DNA of 64,000 bases from Bacteroidaceae bacterium (GCA_017546785.1 JAFYRW010000031.1:3151-67150), one strand, 5' to 3'; positions 34,997 through 45,856 are shown, counted from the stretch's first letter. Made by a program: numbers and translations. Notes: generated by a model not told the origin, from the sequence alone.

Positions 34997-36058
34997 ATGA
35001 GTGTATCTAACCATTTGGTAATAATGGCGGGTGGAATAGGCAGCCGTTTTTGGCCTGTTAGCACCGATGATTATCCTAAACAGTTTATCGATGTTTTAGG
35101 CTGTGGAAAATCGTTGTTGCAATTAACCGCTGAGCGTTTCGGAACTATCTGTCCGCCCGAGAATATCTGGGTGCTTACATCGCAAAAGTATGCTCATCTT
35201 GTACGAGAGCAGCTGCCGATGCTCAAAGAGGAGAACCTCTTGCTTGAGCCTTGCCGTCGCAGCACAGCTCCTTGTATAGCCTATGCTGCCTGGAAGATAA
35301 AGAAGCGCGATCCTAATGCCAATATGGTAGTTACTCCCAGCGACCACTATATAGGCGATGTTCAGGAATTCCGCAGAGTGATAGAGTCGTCGTTGCAATT
35401 TGTCTGCGACTCTGACGCCATACTCACATTAGGAATAAAGCCTACCCGTCCCGAGACAGCTTTTGGTTATATCGAGGCTGTGCTTGGCAGTGCGACATTG
35501 TCGAACAAAGAGGTCTATCGTGTCGATTCTTTCAAGGAAAAGCCCGATATTGAGACAGCAAAGGTCTATCTGTCAAAAAACAATTATTATTGGAATTCCG
35601 GAATATTTATATGGAATGTCCAGACTATAGTGAATGCCTTCAGAGTATATCAGGCACCTATTGCTAATATCTTTGAGTCGTTGCTCCCTCTCTATTATAC
35701 CGATGGTGAGCGCGAGGCTATAAACGAGAAATTCCCCGAATGCCGAAATATCTCGGTCGATTATGCTATTCTTGAGCGTGCCGACGAGATATTTGTCTTT
35801 CCCGTGGATTTTGGTTGGAGCGATCTTGGAACGTGGGTATCTCTGCACGAGCGTATGCCGCAGGATATCAACGGCAATGTGGCAATAGCTTCGACGGTTG
35901 AACTGCTCGATTCGCACAATTGTGTGGTACACGCGCAGGAAGCCAAAAGGGTGGTGCTTATAGGAATGAACGATTGTGTAGTGTCGGAGCACGATGGCAA
36001 TATCCTCGTGTGCAAAATGAGTGAGGAGAATCGCATCAGAGAGGTTGCCGACAAATAG
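34997..36058 (+). CDS. manC: mannose-1-phosphate guanylyltransferase
   Basis: The ORF is 353 aa with the GGIGSRFWP nucleotidyltransferase loop. No C-terminal isomerase domain is present. Confidence 0.85.
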   Translation: MSVSNHLVIMAGGIGSRFWPVSTDDYPKQFIDVLGCGKSLLQLTAERFGTICPPENIWVLTSQKYAHLVREQLPMLKEENLLLEPCRRSTAPCIAYAAWKIKKRDPNANMVVTPSDHYIGDVQEFRRVIESSLQFVCDSDAILTLGIKPTRPETAFGYIEAVLGSATLSNKEVYRVDSFKEKPDIETAKVYLSKNNYYWNSGIFIWNVQTIVNAFRVYQAPIANIFESLLPLYYTDGEREAINEKFPECRNISVDYAILERADEIFVFPVDFGWSDLGTWVSLHERMPQDINGNVAIASTVELLDSHNCVVHAQEAKRVVLIGMNDCVVSEHDGNILVCKMSEENRIREVADK

Positions 36059-36080
36059 GATAACCTTTGTGCAGTATATT

Positions 36081-36115
36081 AAGGAGTATGAGCAATAGCT
36101 TATGCTCCTTTTATT
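36081..36115 (+). terminator. rho-independent terminator (manC)
   Basis: The stem ggagtatgagc/gcttatgctcc has 11 bp, including 2 G.U on the plus transcript. It is followed by ttttatttt and overlaps the 3' end of the convergent TPR gene. Confidence 0.5.
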
Positions 36116-37524
36116 TTATTCATAAACTCCTCGGGGGATATATTCGCATCGTAAGGGATTGCGAAAAGCTCAAAGAGTTTGTTAGACTTTCCTATCAGTG
36201 CCTCTTTTACATAAGGAATAATGTGTGCCTCGCTGTCGATGCAATATTTTGAGTAGGCAACGTAGGCGCTTATCTCGGCAGTATCTGTTGCCGATTTTAG
36301 TGCGAGAGAGAAAATGTTGAATGCGTGGCAGTATAGCTTCTTGTCAAGGAAAAATGTTCCGTAGGAAAACAAAAGCTCGCAGAGCTTCCACTCTTTGACC
36401 TCTATTGTACTCATATCACGATAGGTCATATTCTCCTTGTCGCGTAGCTCGTAGTATCGGCCGTTGTTGAGCATCAGCTGCTTGCGGTCGTTGCATAATA
36501 TATGTTCTATTGCCGAGCTTAATGTGGCATTGGCGTAGTGCGACATTCCCTCTTCGTTCAGCAGTATTGTCTTGTTGGTATATGCCAGCATTGCCTCGAT
36601 TGAGTATACTTCTTGCTGCCCGATAATTTCTATTACAGCATCATACTCGTCTATGGCGCTCTCTCTGTCGTCAAGATAGCTCTTTGCCAATGCTGTGTAG
36701 AATCGGGGTACAATACTCTGCGGGTATTTGTTCCTGAAGTACTCGAATATGCCTATGGCGCTCTTGTAGTCGCGCAGACGATAGTAGCAGTATCCCTGCA
36801 TCATCTTTGCATATTCAATGCTCTCGTCTATCGTAAGCTCATATTCGAAGCACTCGAGAGCCTTGCCGTAGCGCTCTATAAGATAGTATATGCGTCCCAA
36901 CTGCTCCCAATAGAATGTAGAATAGGGATCGTGGTCGAGCAGCTTGTTGTAAATATCTATCGCCTCGTCTGTCTGTTGCAGTTCAATAAGACATTCGGCC
37001 TTTACCTCGTGCAGCATACGCAGTGTGGGGCGACGCTGCAGCCACTCCTCGATAATGTGCAATGCCTCTTGCGCGAATCCGCAGTCTAGCAGTATCGTCA
37101 GTGCGTCGTATATTTCGTCATTTTGTAGCTTCTGTTGCTTCAGAATGTTCATTGCCGCATTTTGTGCAGCCTTGTACTCCTTAAGCTCAATGAGAATCTC
37201 GGCGCGCAATATCTGCGATTCAAAATCGTCGCCCAGCTTGCCTTTGTCGAGAATTTCGAGCGCCTCTTTTGCTCTGCCGCGTGCCAGCAGCATACGAACA
37301 TCTAGACGGTCGATAAACTCCTTGTTGGTAGGATGCAGACGCTTGGCATAAGCATACAACGCCTCTGCCTCACCGTACCTCTCGTAGTATAGAAAGTGTA
37401 TCAGCAGGTTCGTGAGTTCATCAGTTTCAAAATATGAGCAGATGTTTTCTGCCTTCATCTGCTCATATTTCTTTATGATTTTCTTGAACTCCTCAGAGTC
37501 GAAATATCTTTTGCCTTCATCCAT
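36100..37524 (-). CDS. tetratricopeptide-repeat protein
   Basis: The ORF is 474 aa with many 34-aa TPR-like repeats (A..Y..AL...P). It starts 11 nt downstream of glnS. Confidence 0.7.
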   Translation of the reverse strand: MDEGKRYFDSEEFKKIIKKYEQMKAENICSYFETDELTNLLIHFLYYERYGEAEALYAYAKRLHPTNKEFIDRLDVRMLLARGRAKEALEILDKGKLGDDFESQILRAEILIELKEYKAAQNAAMNILKQQKLQNDEIYDALTILLDCGFAQEALHIIEEWLQRRPTLRMLHEVKAECLIELQQTDEAIDIYNKLLDHDPYSTFYWEQLGRIYYLIERYGKALECFEYELTIDESIEYAKMMQGYCYYRLRDYKSAIGIFEYFRNKYPQSIVPRFYTALAKSYLDDRESAIDEYDAVIEIIGQQEVYSIEAMLAYTNKTILLNEEGMSHYANATLSSAIEHILCNDRKQLMLNNGRYYELRDKENMTYRDMSTIEVKEWKLCELLFSYGTFFLDKKLYCHAFNIFSLALKSATDTAEISAYVAYSKYCIDSEAHIIPYVKEALIGKSNKLFELFAIPYDANISPEEFMNKIKGA

Positions 37525-37535
37525 AGGATGCTCTC

Positions 37536-39317
37536 TTATTTACCCTTTATTTTGCTCCAGGTATCTTTAAGCGATACTGTTCGGTTGAAGATAAGATGCT
37601 CTGGTGTTGATGCCGGGTCGATATTGAAGTAACCGATTCGCTGGAACTGCAGGTACGATAGAGGCTCCATCGTTGCTGCGAATTTCTCTATATAGCAGCA
37701 GGGGAGAACCTTTAATGAGTCGGGGTTGATAATCTCCTTCATTGCGGTTAGAGCATCGCACTGTTTCTCTTCGCGTATAGCGGCAAGCTCATCGCGAGGG
37801 TTCTCTACCTTCCACAAACGGTCGTATAGACGAACTTCAGCCTGTATGCTGTGTGCACAGCTTACCCAGTGTAGAGTGCTCTTTACCTTGCGGTTAGCCT
37901 CGGCCTCGCCAGTCTTTGTCTGGGGGATATATTCGCAAAGAACCTCAGTTACATTGCCATTTTCGTCTTTGTTGCATCCTGTACAAAGTACAATGTATGC
38001 ATTCTTCAGACGAACCTCTCTGCCGGGGGTAAGACGGAAGAAGCTTTTGGGAGCATCCTCCATAAAGTCGTCGCGCTCAATCCATAGCTCGCGGCTGAAC
38101 TCAATGGTGTGTGTACCGCTCTCGGGGTCTTCGGGGTTGTTTATTGCCTGTAGCTCCTCAACCTGACCCTCGGGGTAGTTGGTTACAATGAGCTTCACGG
38201 GGTCTATTACCGCCGATACTCGTGTGGCGCGTGAGTTGAGGTCCTCGCGTATGGCCGATTCGAGCAACGAAATGTCGTTCAATGCATCGAATTTGGTGTA
38301 TCCAATCTTGTCGATGAAATTGCTGATACCCTCGGGAGAATATCCTCTGCGGCGTAATCCGCATATAGTGGGCATACGGGGGTCGTCCCAACCGTTCACC
38401 AATCCCTCCTTTACAAGAGTCAAAAGGTTGCGCTTGCTCATAAGAGTATAGCTTAGGTTCAATTTGTTGAACTCGTGCTGACGGGGACGATTGTTGTCAA
38501 GGTCCTTACCCTCTTTTACCCAATCGACAAAAAGGTCGTAGAGCGGACGGTGGGGTACAAACTCCAATGTGCAGAGAGAGTGTGTCACGCCCTCGAAATA
38601 GTCGCTCTGACCGTGCGCAAAGTCGTACATAGGGTAGGCCTTCCACGTTGTGCCAGTGCGGTGGTGCGGATGCATTACAACGCGATAGATGATGGGGTCG
38701 CGGAAATGCATATTGGAGTGTCCCATATCAATTTTTGCGCGTAGTACCATAGAGCCCTCGGGAATCTCTCCTGTGTTCATCTTGTAGAACAATTCGAGGT
38801 TCTCTTCGATGGGGCGGTCGCGGTAGGGGCTGTTTGTTCCTGCCTGTGTGGGAGTACCTTTCTGCTTTGCAATCTCCTCGGATGACTGTTCGTCAATATA
38901 TGCTTTTCCCTCTTTTATGAGTCTTACGGCAAAGTCCCATAGCTGCTGGAAATAGTCCGATGCATAGTATACATTCTCCCATTGGAATCCCAACCATTTA
39001 ATGTCCTCCATAATGGATTCTACATATTCGGTCTCTTCTTTGCTGGGGTTAGTATCATCGAATCGCAGGTTACAGATACCATTGTATTTCTGTGCCATAC
39101 CAAAGTCCATATGAATAGCCTTTGCGTGTCCTATATGAAGGTATCCATTGGGTTCGGGCGGGAAGCGGGTCTGTAGTCTTCCGTCGTTCTTACCCTCCTG
39201 CAAGTCATTTATTATTGCTTGCTCAATAAAACTGATGCTCTTTTTTTCGCTCTTTTCAGTTTCGTTAATCTCGCTCATTTCTATATTGTTTTTTGTTGTT
39301 TTCTGTTTGTAGGACAA
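37536..39317 (-). CDS. glnS: glutamine--tRNA ligase
   Basis: The HIGH motif (LHIGHAKA), KMSKS-type motif (LMSKR) and a GlnRS anticodon-binding domain are present. The start could instead be the MSEINE Met at 39278. Confidence 0.95.
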   Translation of the reverse strand: MSYKQKTTKNNIEMSEINETEKSEKKSISFIEQAIINDLQEGKNDGRLQTRFPPEPNGYLHIGHAKAIHMDFGMAQKYNGICNLRFDDTNPSKEETEYVESIMEDIKWLGFQWENVYYASDYFQQLWDFAVRLIKEGKAYIDEQSSEEIAKQKGTPTQAGTNSPYRDRPIEENLELFYKMNTGEIPEGSMVLRAKIDMGHSNMHFRDPIIYRVVMHPHHRTGTTWKAYPMYDFAHGQSDYFEGVTHSLCTLEFVPHRPLYDLFVDWVKEGKDLDNNRPRQHEFNKLNLSYTLMSKRNLLTLVKEGLVNGWDDPRMPTICGLRRRGYSPEGISNFIDKIGYTKFDALNDISLLESAIREDLNSRATRVSAVIDPVKLIVTNYPEGQVEELQAINNPEDPESGTHTIEFSRELWIERDDFMEDAPKSFFRLTPGREVRLKNAYIVLCTGCNKDENGNVTEVLCEYIPQTKTGEAEANRKVKSTLHWVSCAHSIQAEVRLYDRLWKVENPRDELAAIREEKQCDALTAMKEIINPDSLKVLPCCYIEKFAATMEPLSYLQFQRIGYFNIDPASTPEHLIFNRTVSLKDTWSKIKGK

Positions 39318-39347
39318 TAGTGCCCGGTCCTAATCGGACTTAGTTTG

Positions 39348-39355
39348 CAAAAATA
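39348..39355 (-). promoter_or_regulatory. -7 box TATTTTTG (glnS)
   Basis: The plus strand reads CAAAAATA, 31 nt upstream of 39317. Confidence 0.4.
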
Positions 39356-39408
39356 GTTAATCTTTTCGTATTTTTTGCTGAATTTGTCCATTTATTGGAG
39401 TGAAAAAT

Positions 39409-40299
39409 TTACTTCTGTCGAGTGTTACTGCTTATATGGCAGAAGAATCCTAATTTGTAGATGTTTAGGATGGTCAGCGAAGGGTGCTTGCTCAACAGAT
39501 TCTTCTTTAGAATCTTGTTTGTCAATTCCCACAGACGGGCGATGAGGCTGCTCATATGCAGACGCTCTATTTTCTTTGCCGCCATAAGCAGTGGAGTGTC
39601 GCCAATCTCGCTGCGAATGCCGGTCAGTGTTCTAACGCTCTCCTCTACCTTGTTAAGATAAACGGCGTTGCGCTCTAATCCTTTGTGCAGCAAGGCATTG
39701 TCAATGTGTCTGATGTCAATGTTCCTGTTGCGCAGACAATGCCCGAAGAGTGTGTCCTCGTAGCCGTAGCGGGTTATCTTCTCGTTGAATTTTATGTTGA
39801 GGAATATCTCGCGGTCGATGGCAAAATTGAATGTGGTGAAATTGTCGTACGGAGATTGGTTGCGTATGGCTGCCGAACGTCTCTTGTCGGCTCTTTTCTC
39901 GTATCGGTAGCGTAGAGAGCACTCTTTCGACGGAGCTTTTGCTGAGTGGTATAATCCTCCGCAGACAACCTTGTTGTGGGCGAGTGCATTTGCGTAATTG
40001 CTCAGGAATGCACTATGCTCAACGGCTGCGTCGCTGTCTATGAATATGAGATTCCTGCATTTTGCCTCTTCAGCCAAAAGGTTGCGTATGCGCGCCCTGC
40101 CAATATTCTCCTCGAGGGCTATAATGCGGCAGCCTGACAGTTGGGCCAGAGGGGCATTCGTGCTTATCCATTCGGACGAAGAACCATCCTCTCCGATAAT
40201 AATCTCGAACGGGAGTTGCAGTTCTTGTGCCTGTTTGTGCAGCTTCTTTACAAGCTCGCGGCAGTCGTAGTCTTTTGTGGGAATTATTATCGAGAGCAT
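39409..40299 (-). CDS. glycosyltransferase family 2
   Basis: The sequence MLSIIIPTKD...GEDGS...IFIDSD shows the GT-A pattern. I prefer the start at 40299 because a -7 box lies inside the longer ORF. Confidence 0.8.
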   Translation of the reverse strand: MLSIIIPTKDYDCRELVKKLHKQAQELQLPFEIIIGEDGSSSEWISTNAPLAQLSGCRIIALEENIGRARIRNLLAEEAKCRNLIFIDSDAAVEHSAFLSNYANALAHNKVVCGGLYHSAKAPSKECSLRYRYEKRADKRRSAAIRNQSPYDNFTTFNFAIDREIFLNIKFNEKITRYGYEDTLFGHCLRNRNIDIRHIDNALLHKGLERNAVYLNKVEESVRTLTGIRSEIGDTPLLMAAKKIERLHMSSLIARLWELTNKILKKNLLSKHPSLTILNIYKLGFFCHISSNTRQK

Positions 40300-40314
40300 T
40301 CTTGTTCTTTTTTG

Positions 40315-40322
40315 CAAATATA
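40315..40322 (-). promoter_or_regulatory. -7 box TATATTTG (GT2 gene)
   Basis: The plus strand reads CAAATATA, 16 nt upstream of the 40299 start. Confidence 0.35.
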
Positions 40323-40400
40323 GCCAAAGAGCAGATAAAAACAAAAATTTTATTCAACCGTTATATTGTATTACGACAGAATTTTTAAGGCTGTAGCTAC

Positions 40401-40434
40401 AAAAACGGGGACGCAATTTGCGCCCCCGTTTTTG
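40401..40434. terminator. rho-independent terminator (GH20 gene)
   Basis: The GC-rich stem aacggggacgca/tgcgcccccgtt has one mismatch, with an A-run and T-run flanking it. Confidence 0.7.
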
Positions 40435-40453
40435 TGGTCAGTCTGTTTTTCCG

Positions 40454-43400
40454 TTATTTGCGAACGAGAATCTTTTCGCCTCTTCCGTTAATGTAGATGC
40501 CTTGTGCAGTGCCTTCGATTACACGTCCCTGAAGGTCGTATGTCCTATTCGTGCAATTATCATTCTGCTCCTCTACAATCTCGTCGATACCTGTTCCGGT
40601 AGCAACATTGCTCTTGTCGAAGCTCCATATACAAGCACCCCAAAAAGGCTTCATAAGCACGTAACCCCAAGCGTTAGGATTGGTGTACCAAGCGTTTGCT
40701 CCGTTGGCGCCGATGATGGCAATGCCGCTGTGCCCTGTGTCTACTGTCGTCTCCTCTATTGTCCACGAGTACTCCTTTCCTACCATAACCTTCTGGTCGG
40801 CAATGTCGCTGTTTATGTATGCGCTCTCGCCGTTCGCCTTGTTGTATATTGACACTGTACCGTCGTTGTTCTTGACAATTCTCCAAAGGTAATTGTCGCT
40901 GTTGTCCTTCAGCTTGGGTTCTACACTGTTGTTGCTGGTGTTCAGTGTCGCATAGTATGACGCGTAGTCAGGGTAAGCATTTCTTATGTAATAGTAGTAA
41001 TGCTCGCTTATTGCATCGATGATTGTTGTGCGAGGCATAAGAAGATATTGGTTGTATAGGGCTACGTATACATTATATTTGGCCTCTGTAACAACGTCGT
41101 TCTTCTCAATCTCCTTAAGAGCGGGATTCAATATGCTGTTCTTCAAGAAGTATAGAGCCTCGCTCGAGGGCTGTCCTGCCTCGTCGCTGCTTGCGGTAAG
41201 CATAATTCTCTCGCATTTGTCGCATAGTCCCTGTAGCTGTGCTTTAAAGTCGCTTACCTCTACAATATACCACGTTGAGGGGTAGCAGAGTGCCGCTTCG
41301 TTCTTTGCGAAAATCTTACCCGATAGTTCGGCGTTTATACGTTTGATATTTCCGGTAGCCGATGCGCTGTATCCGCTTACTGCAGAAATAGTTACTACTC
41401 CTGGGATATAATCGTATGGCGCCGATGGTACGGTGGCCTTGTCTACGCGCAGAGGAGTGCCGTTCTTCTCGGCCATTACAACAGCCTTGTTATATTCGGG
41501 CATCTGAAGAACCTCGTTGTTGCATACGTTTCTTAGAATGAATCCATCGTTGTCTTGCTCGAATTTCCATAGCTCCTCGGGCTCTGTCTGCTGAGTGTAG
41601 TGTATGCGTACACCATCGTCGGCAATGTACATCGAAGAGCCGGCGAATTGCTTCTTGTAATAGGTGGATGCCGATATTATCTGATAGGTCTTTCCTGGTA
41701 CAGGCTTTACAATCTCAGCCTCCTTGAATGCCTGAAGAGCTTTTGAAATTTCAGTGGCTTTGCCACTTTTTACTGCATTCTCCAATTCATCGTAGACATT
41801 TGCCTCGGGATATCCTACTCCGCCTCTTATGCTGCTTGCGAGAATCTCCTCGGCATCCTTGAGATTCTGCTCTTCGCTGCTTAATATCTCCTGCTCGATA
41901 TAATGCTTTGCGTATGTGTAGCCTAATGCATCGAGAATCTCATCGTGTGACTGCAGACGTGTGTAGAACGACATCCAATTCTTTTGTGCAACGGGCAACC
42001 ATCCAGTCTCGGAGAGTGCGATGAGGCGGGGCAGCATCTGGTACTCCAATTCAATGTTGTCGTTACAGGTCTCTGTCCACATATTACACTGTACACCCAT
42101 ACAGAATTCCTCTCTTCCAGCCAGCGACGAAACGGGGTTTAACGAGTAGACACTCTCTACGGTATTTGTTCCCCAACCGCCATTGTAGGGCTCGTCCACG
42201 AGCAACTGGCTCTCGGGAGCCTGCATAAAGTCTATGTAAACGTGTGAATAGGGAGTGAGAATGCTCTTGAAACCTTTGTTGGCTGCGTCGCTACTCTTGC
42301 CTATGCTGTTCCACGCCATTACAACGGGCTTAACCTTGTTGTCGCTCTTCCAGTGAGAAAGCAGCTCGTCCCATACGACGATATCCTTGTTGTGCTTCTC
42401 CTTGATATATGTTCCGAGCTCCTCGACCAACCACGATTGCAACTGATCAACTCCGCTCAAACCCTCCTCCTGTACGCGGCGCAGACAATCCTCGTTTGTT
42501 TTCCACTGGTCGGTAGGACATTCGTCGCCTCCAATGTGAATGTAGGGGAAGGGGAATATGCTTGCTACATTGTCAATGACGCATTTAAGGAATTCTATTA
42601 CTTTGTCGTTGCCGACATTTAGCACGTCCTTTGAGATACCGCCGTCTATGCGTACCGAATATTTCTTTGTGGGGTCGCAGCTCAATTCGGGGTAGGCTGT
42701 TACGGCTGCCACCATATGTCCGGGAAGGTCAATCTCGGGCATAATGTCAATATTGCGCTCCGCTGCGTAGGCAACAATCTCAATGAGTTCCTCCTGTGAA
42801 TACCACATTCCGCGACCATACTCTGTGTCGTCGTAGAATGCAACGCCGCCCTCTCCTGGGTTGCTGAACGAAGAGGTGCGGATAGAGCCGACCTCTGTGA
42901 GCAAAGGATACTCGGGAATCTCTATACGCCATCCTTGGTCATCGGTGAGATGCCAGTGCAGACGGTTGAGTTTATAGAGTGCCATAATGTCAAGAACTTT
43001 CTTGACCTCATCCTTGTCGAAAAAGTGACGTACAATGTCGAGCATAAAGCCGCGATGCTCAAATTGGGGCTTGTCGATGATGCTCACAAAAGGTACGCTC
43101 CAATTAGCAGAGCTGTTCTGTGTGTCGCAGAAATAGTCTCGTGGCAACAACTGCTTCATTGTCTGTATAGCATAGAAGAATCCGGCCTTTCCTGCGGCTT
43201 TAATCTCAATGTTCTTCTCGTTCACACTGATAGTGTAGCCCTCGTTAGGCAGGCTGTTGTCGGTAGAGAGGAAAATCTCGCCATCGCTGGCATTCGAGCC
43301 GCTCTCTTTTGCTGTCAGCTTAATTCCCGACGCTGTATACAACTGCTCGGCAAAATCATCGACATATTTTTTTACCTCGCCATCGGTGTATGTGATAGCA

Positions 43401-43993
43401 TTCAATGCCGAAAGGGGAAGGGTACCCTTTTTTGTTACTGTCAGCTGTGAGGGGTAGGGGATTATCGATATTTCTTTAAGAACCTTCCACTCTTCGTACT
43501 CAACGAACTTTATCGAGTTGTTGGGGTCGCCGTTGTTCCAAAGGCATACTCCGCGATTCTCGCTTGGACCACCCTCGAGATTCATTGATATTGCAGAATT
43601 GCCAACGGGGATAATCTCGAAATTGCCACTGTAGTCACTGTTGGTGGTAGGCTTGATGAAGAATCTGCTTGTACCGCCGGGGTTCTGTGACGCATATACG
43701 GCAGTGCCGCTGCTTGCCGATGATACGTAGAGTGTGTATCCCTTTTTGTTTGTGAAAGAGTATCCTGCGGTTGCATCGCCTGTAACTTTCCACAATTGCT
43801 CGTCGGCGCCTGTGTCGATAGAGGTTGTTATTCTTTGGCCGTTCGATGCTGCTGTAAAGGTGTTTCCTCCGTTCAGGAACTTAATGAGATACCACACCTC
43901 ATTGCCTGCGTTGCTTACCGTAGGCAGTGCCGCAGCGTTTGATAAAAGGAAAAATAACGCTAAAAGCGTTACTGAAGTAAAAAAACGTTTCAT
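40454..43993 (-). CDS. GH20 beta-N-acetylhexosaminidase with lectin-like modules and a T9SS C-terminal sorting domain
   Basis: The ORF is 1179 aa with a signal peptide. GH20 blocks are present (HRGFMLDIVRHF, YIHIGGDECP). Three LW[KR]-containing modules occur. The C-terminus YDLQGRVIEGTAQGIYINGRGEKILVRK resembles a Por_Secre_tail. Confidence 0.85.
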   Translation of the reverse strand: MKRFFTSVTLLALFFLLSNAAALPTVSNAGNEVWYLIKFLNGGNTFTAASNGQRITTSIDTGADEQLWKVTGDATAGYSFTNKKGYTLYVSSASSGTAVYASQNPGGTSRFFIKPTTNSDYSGNFEIIPVGNSAISMNLEGGPSENRGVCLWNNGDPNNSIKFVEYEEWKVLKEISIIPYPSQLTVTKKGTLPLSALNAITYTDGEVKKYVDDFAEQLYTASGIKLTAKESGSNASDGEIFLSTDNSLPNEGYTISVNEKNIEIKAAGKAGFFYAIQTMKQLLPRDYFCDTQNSSANWSVPFVSIIDKPQFEHRGFMLDIVRHFFDKDEVKKVLDIMALYKLNRLHWHLTDDQGWRIEIPEYPLLTEVGSIRTSSFSNPGEGGVAFYDDTEYGRGMWYSQEELIEIVAYAAERNIDIMPEIDLPGHMVAAVTAYPELSCDPTKKYSVRIDGGISKDVLNVGNDKVIEFLKCVIDNVASIFPFPYIHIGGDECPTDQWKTNEDCLRRVQEEGLSGVDQLQSWLVEELGTYIKEKHNKDIVVWDELLSHWKSDNKVKPVVMAWNSIGKSSDAANKGFKSILTPYSHVYIDFMQAPESQLLVDEPYNGGWGTNTVESVYSLNPVSSLAGREEFCMGVQCNMWTETCNDNIELEYQMLPRLIALSETGWLPVAQKNWMSFYTRLQSHDEILDALGYTYAKHYIEQEILSSEEQNLKDAEEILASSIRGGVGYPEANVYDELENAVKSGKATEISKALQAFKEAEIVKPVPGKTYQIISASTYYKKQFAGSSMYIADDGVRIHYTQQTEPEELWKFEQDNDGFILRNVCNNEVLQMPEYNKAVVMAEKNGTPLRVDKATVPSAPYDYIPGVVTISAVSGYSASATGNIKRINAELSGKIFAKNEAALCYPSTWYIVEVSDFKAQLQGLCDKCERIMLTASSDEAGQPSSEALYFLKNSILNPALKEIEKNDVVTEAKYNVYVALYNQYLLMPRTTIIDAISEHYYYYIRNAYPDYASYYATLNTSNNSVEPKLKDNSDNYLWRIVKNNDGTVSIYNKANGESAYINSDIADQKVMVGKEYSWTIEETTVDTGHSGIAIIGANGANAWYTNPNAWGYVLMKPFWGACIWSFDKSNVATGTGIDEIVEEQNDNCTNRTYDLQGRVIEGTAQGIYINGRGEKILVRK

Positions 43994-44023
43994 ATAAATA
44001 GGCTATTTGGTTGTCTGTTTGCA

Positions 44024-44031
44024 CAAAAGTA
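44024..44031 (-). promoter_or_regulatory. -7 box TACTTTTG (GH20 gene)
   Basis: The plus strand reads CAAAAGTA, 31 nt upstream of 43993. Confidence 0.35.
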
Positions 44032-44075
44032 CAAAAAAACTTAATATTTAACAATATAGCTTTAATTTTAATAAT

Positions 44076-44083
44076 TATCTTTG
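44076..44083 (+). promoter_or_regulatory. -7 box TATCTTTG (fhs)
   Basis: This matches TAnnTTTG 52 nt upstream of 44135. Confidence 0.4.
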
Positions 44084-44134
44084 CAAAGAATAAACCAATC
44101 TTTATTTTCGCATAAATAAACAATATAAAATATT

Positions 44135-45796
44135 ATGAAAACTGATATTGAGATTGCTCAGGAAGTACAATTGGAGCGTATAGACAATGTTGCCGAGAAG
44201 ATAGGCATTTCTTCGGACTCGTTGGAGCATTACGGTAAGTATATTGCAAAATTGCCTTTGAGCCTTTTGAACGACAAAAAAGGCAAACTTATTCTTGTAA
44301 CGGCTATTACCGCGACAAAGGCCGGCATTGGAAAAACAACAGTTTCTATTGGCCTTGCCTTAGGACTCAATAAAATAGGTAAGCGTGCTACTGTAGCCTT
44401 GCGCGAGCCCTCTCTGGGACCCTGCTTCGGAATGAAGGGCGGTGCAGCCGGTGGAGGATATGCTCAGGTGCTGCCTATGGAGAAGATAAATCTTCATTTT
44501 ACAGGCGATTTTCACGCGATAACATCGGCGCATAATACTATTGCAGCCCTGCTCGATAATTATCTTTATCAGCACGCAAAAGATGGATTCGCGTTAAAAG
44601 AGATTCTTTGGCGCAGAGTACTCGACGTGAACGACCGTTCGTTGCGCTCTATTGTAACAAGTTTGGGACCCTCTTCTAATGGAATAACACGTCAGGCGGG
44701 CTTTGACATTACTCCCGCTTCGGAGCTTATGGCTATTTTGTGCCTCGCATCGGACGAAGAGGACTTGCGCCGTCGTATCGATAATATCCTTTTGGGATAT
44801 AAATATTCGGGTGAGCCTTTTACAGTGAAGGATCTTGGCGTGTCGGGTGCTGTGATGGTACTCCTCAAGGAGGCTATACAGCCTAACCTCGTTCAGACAA
44901 CAGAGAATACTCCTGCTATTGTGCACGGTGGTCCTTTTGCCAATATCGCGCACGGCTGTAACTCGGTGATTGCTACAAAAATGTCTCTTGCCCATAGCGA
45001 ATATACAATTACCGAGGCAGGCTTTGGAGCCGACCTTGGTGCCGAGAAATTCTATAATATCCTCTGCCGTAAGAGTGGCCTGCAGCCCGACGCAACCGTT
45101 CTTGTTGCTACCGCGCAGGGACTTAAGATGCACGGAGGAGTGCCTCTTGACAAAATCAAGGAGCCCAATATCGAGGGCCTTCGTACAGGACTCGCGAACC
45201 TAGACAGACACGTTGAGAATCTTCGTTCTTTCGGTCAGTCGGTTATTGTTGTCTTCAACCGCTATGCTGCAGACACCGACGAGGAGATGAATTTCTTGCG
45301 CGAGCATTGCGAGAATGACCTCAAGCTTCCGTTTGTCGTAAACGATGCCTTTGCGAACGGCGGTGCCGGAGCCGAGGAGGTTGCAAGAGTGGTAGTAGAT
45401 ACTATAGAGAATAATCCTTCTGCTCCCTTGCTGTTTACATACGACGATGGCGATGATATCTGTACAAAAATCGAAAAGGTGGCAAAGAAAATCTATCGTG
45501 CCGGTTCAGTCTCTTTCGCAAAGCCTGCGCTCGACACAATAAAGCTCGCCGAGAAGCTTGGAATGGGCTCGTTCCCCGTATGTATTGCAAAGACACAGTA
45601 CTCTTTCTCGGGCGACGAGAAGCAGTATGGCGCAGTTTCGGGATTCGACCTACATATTCGCGATATAGTGCTTAATGCCGGTTCCGAAATGATTGTAGCT
45701 ATTGCTGGCAGCATTATGCGTATGCCGGGATTGCCTAAAGAGCCTCAGGCTAATTTCATCGATTATGTAAATGGTGAGATTGTTGGATTGAGCTGA
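44135..45796 (+). CDS. fhs: formate--tetrahydrofolate ligase
   Basis: The ORF is 553 aa with a P-loop-like block (TKAGIGKTT) and FTHFS blocks throughout. Confidence 0.95.
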   Translation: MKTDIEIAQEVQLERIDNVAEKIGISSDSLEHYGKYIAKLPLSLLNDKKGKLILVTAITATKAGIGKTTVSIGLALGLNKIGKRATVALREPSLGPCFGMKGGAAGGGYAQVLPMEKINLHFTGDFHAITSAHNTIAALLDNYLYQHAKDGFALKEILWRRVLDVNDRSLRSIVTSLGPSSNGITRQAGFDITPASELMAILCLASDEEDLRRRIDNILLGYKYSGEPFTVKDLGVSGAVMVLLKEAIQPNLVQTTENTPAIVHGGPFANIAHGCNSVIATKMSLAHSEYTITEAGFGADLGAEKFYNILCRKSGLQPDATVLVATAQGLKMHGGVPLDKIKEPNIEGLRTGLANLDRHVENLRSFGQSVIVVFNRYAADTDEEMNFLREHCENDLKLPFVVNDAFANGGAGAEEVARVVVDTIENNPSAPLLFTYDDGDDICTKIEKVAKKIYRAGSVSFAKPALDTIKLAEKLGMGSFPVCIAKTQYSFSGDEKQYGAVSGFDLHIRDIVLNAGSEMIVAIAGSIMRMPGLPKEPQANFIDYVNGEIVGLS

Positions 45797-45820
45797 TTGT
45801 ATAGCAAAATCATATAAGCA

Positions 45821-45856
45821 AAAAAGTGTAGCAATATATGGCTACACTTTTTTTTG
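45821..45856. terminator. rho-independent terminator
   Basis: The stem aaaaaagtgtagc/gctacactttttt carries an 8-nt loop. Confidence 0.75.
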
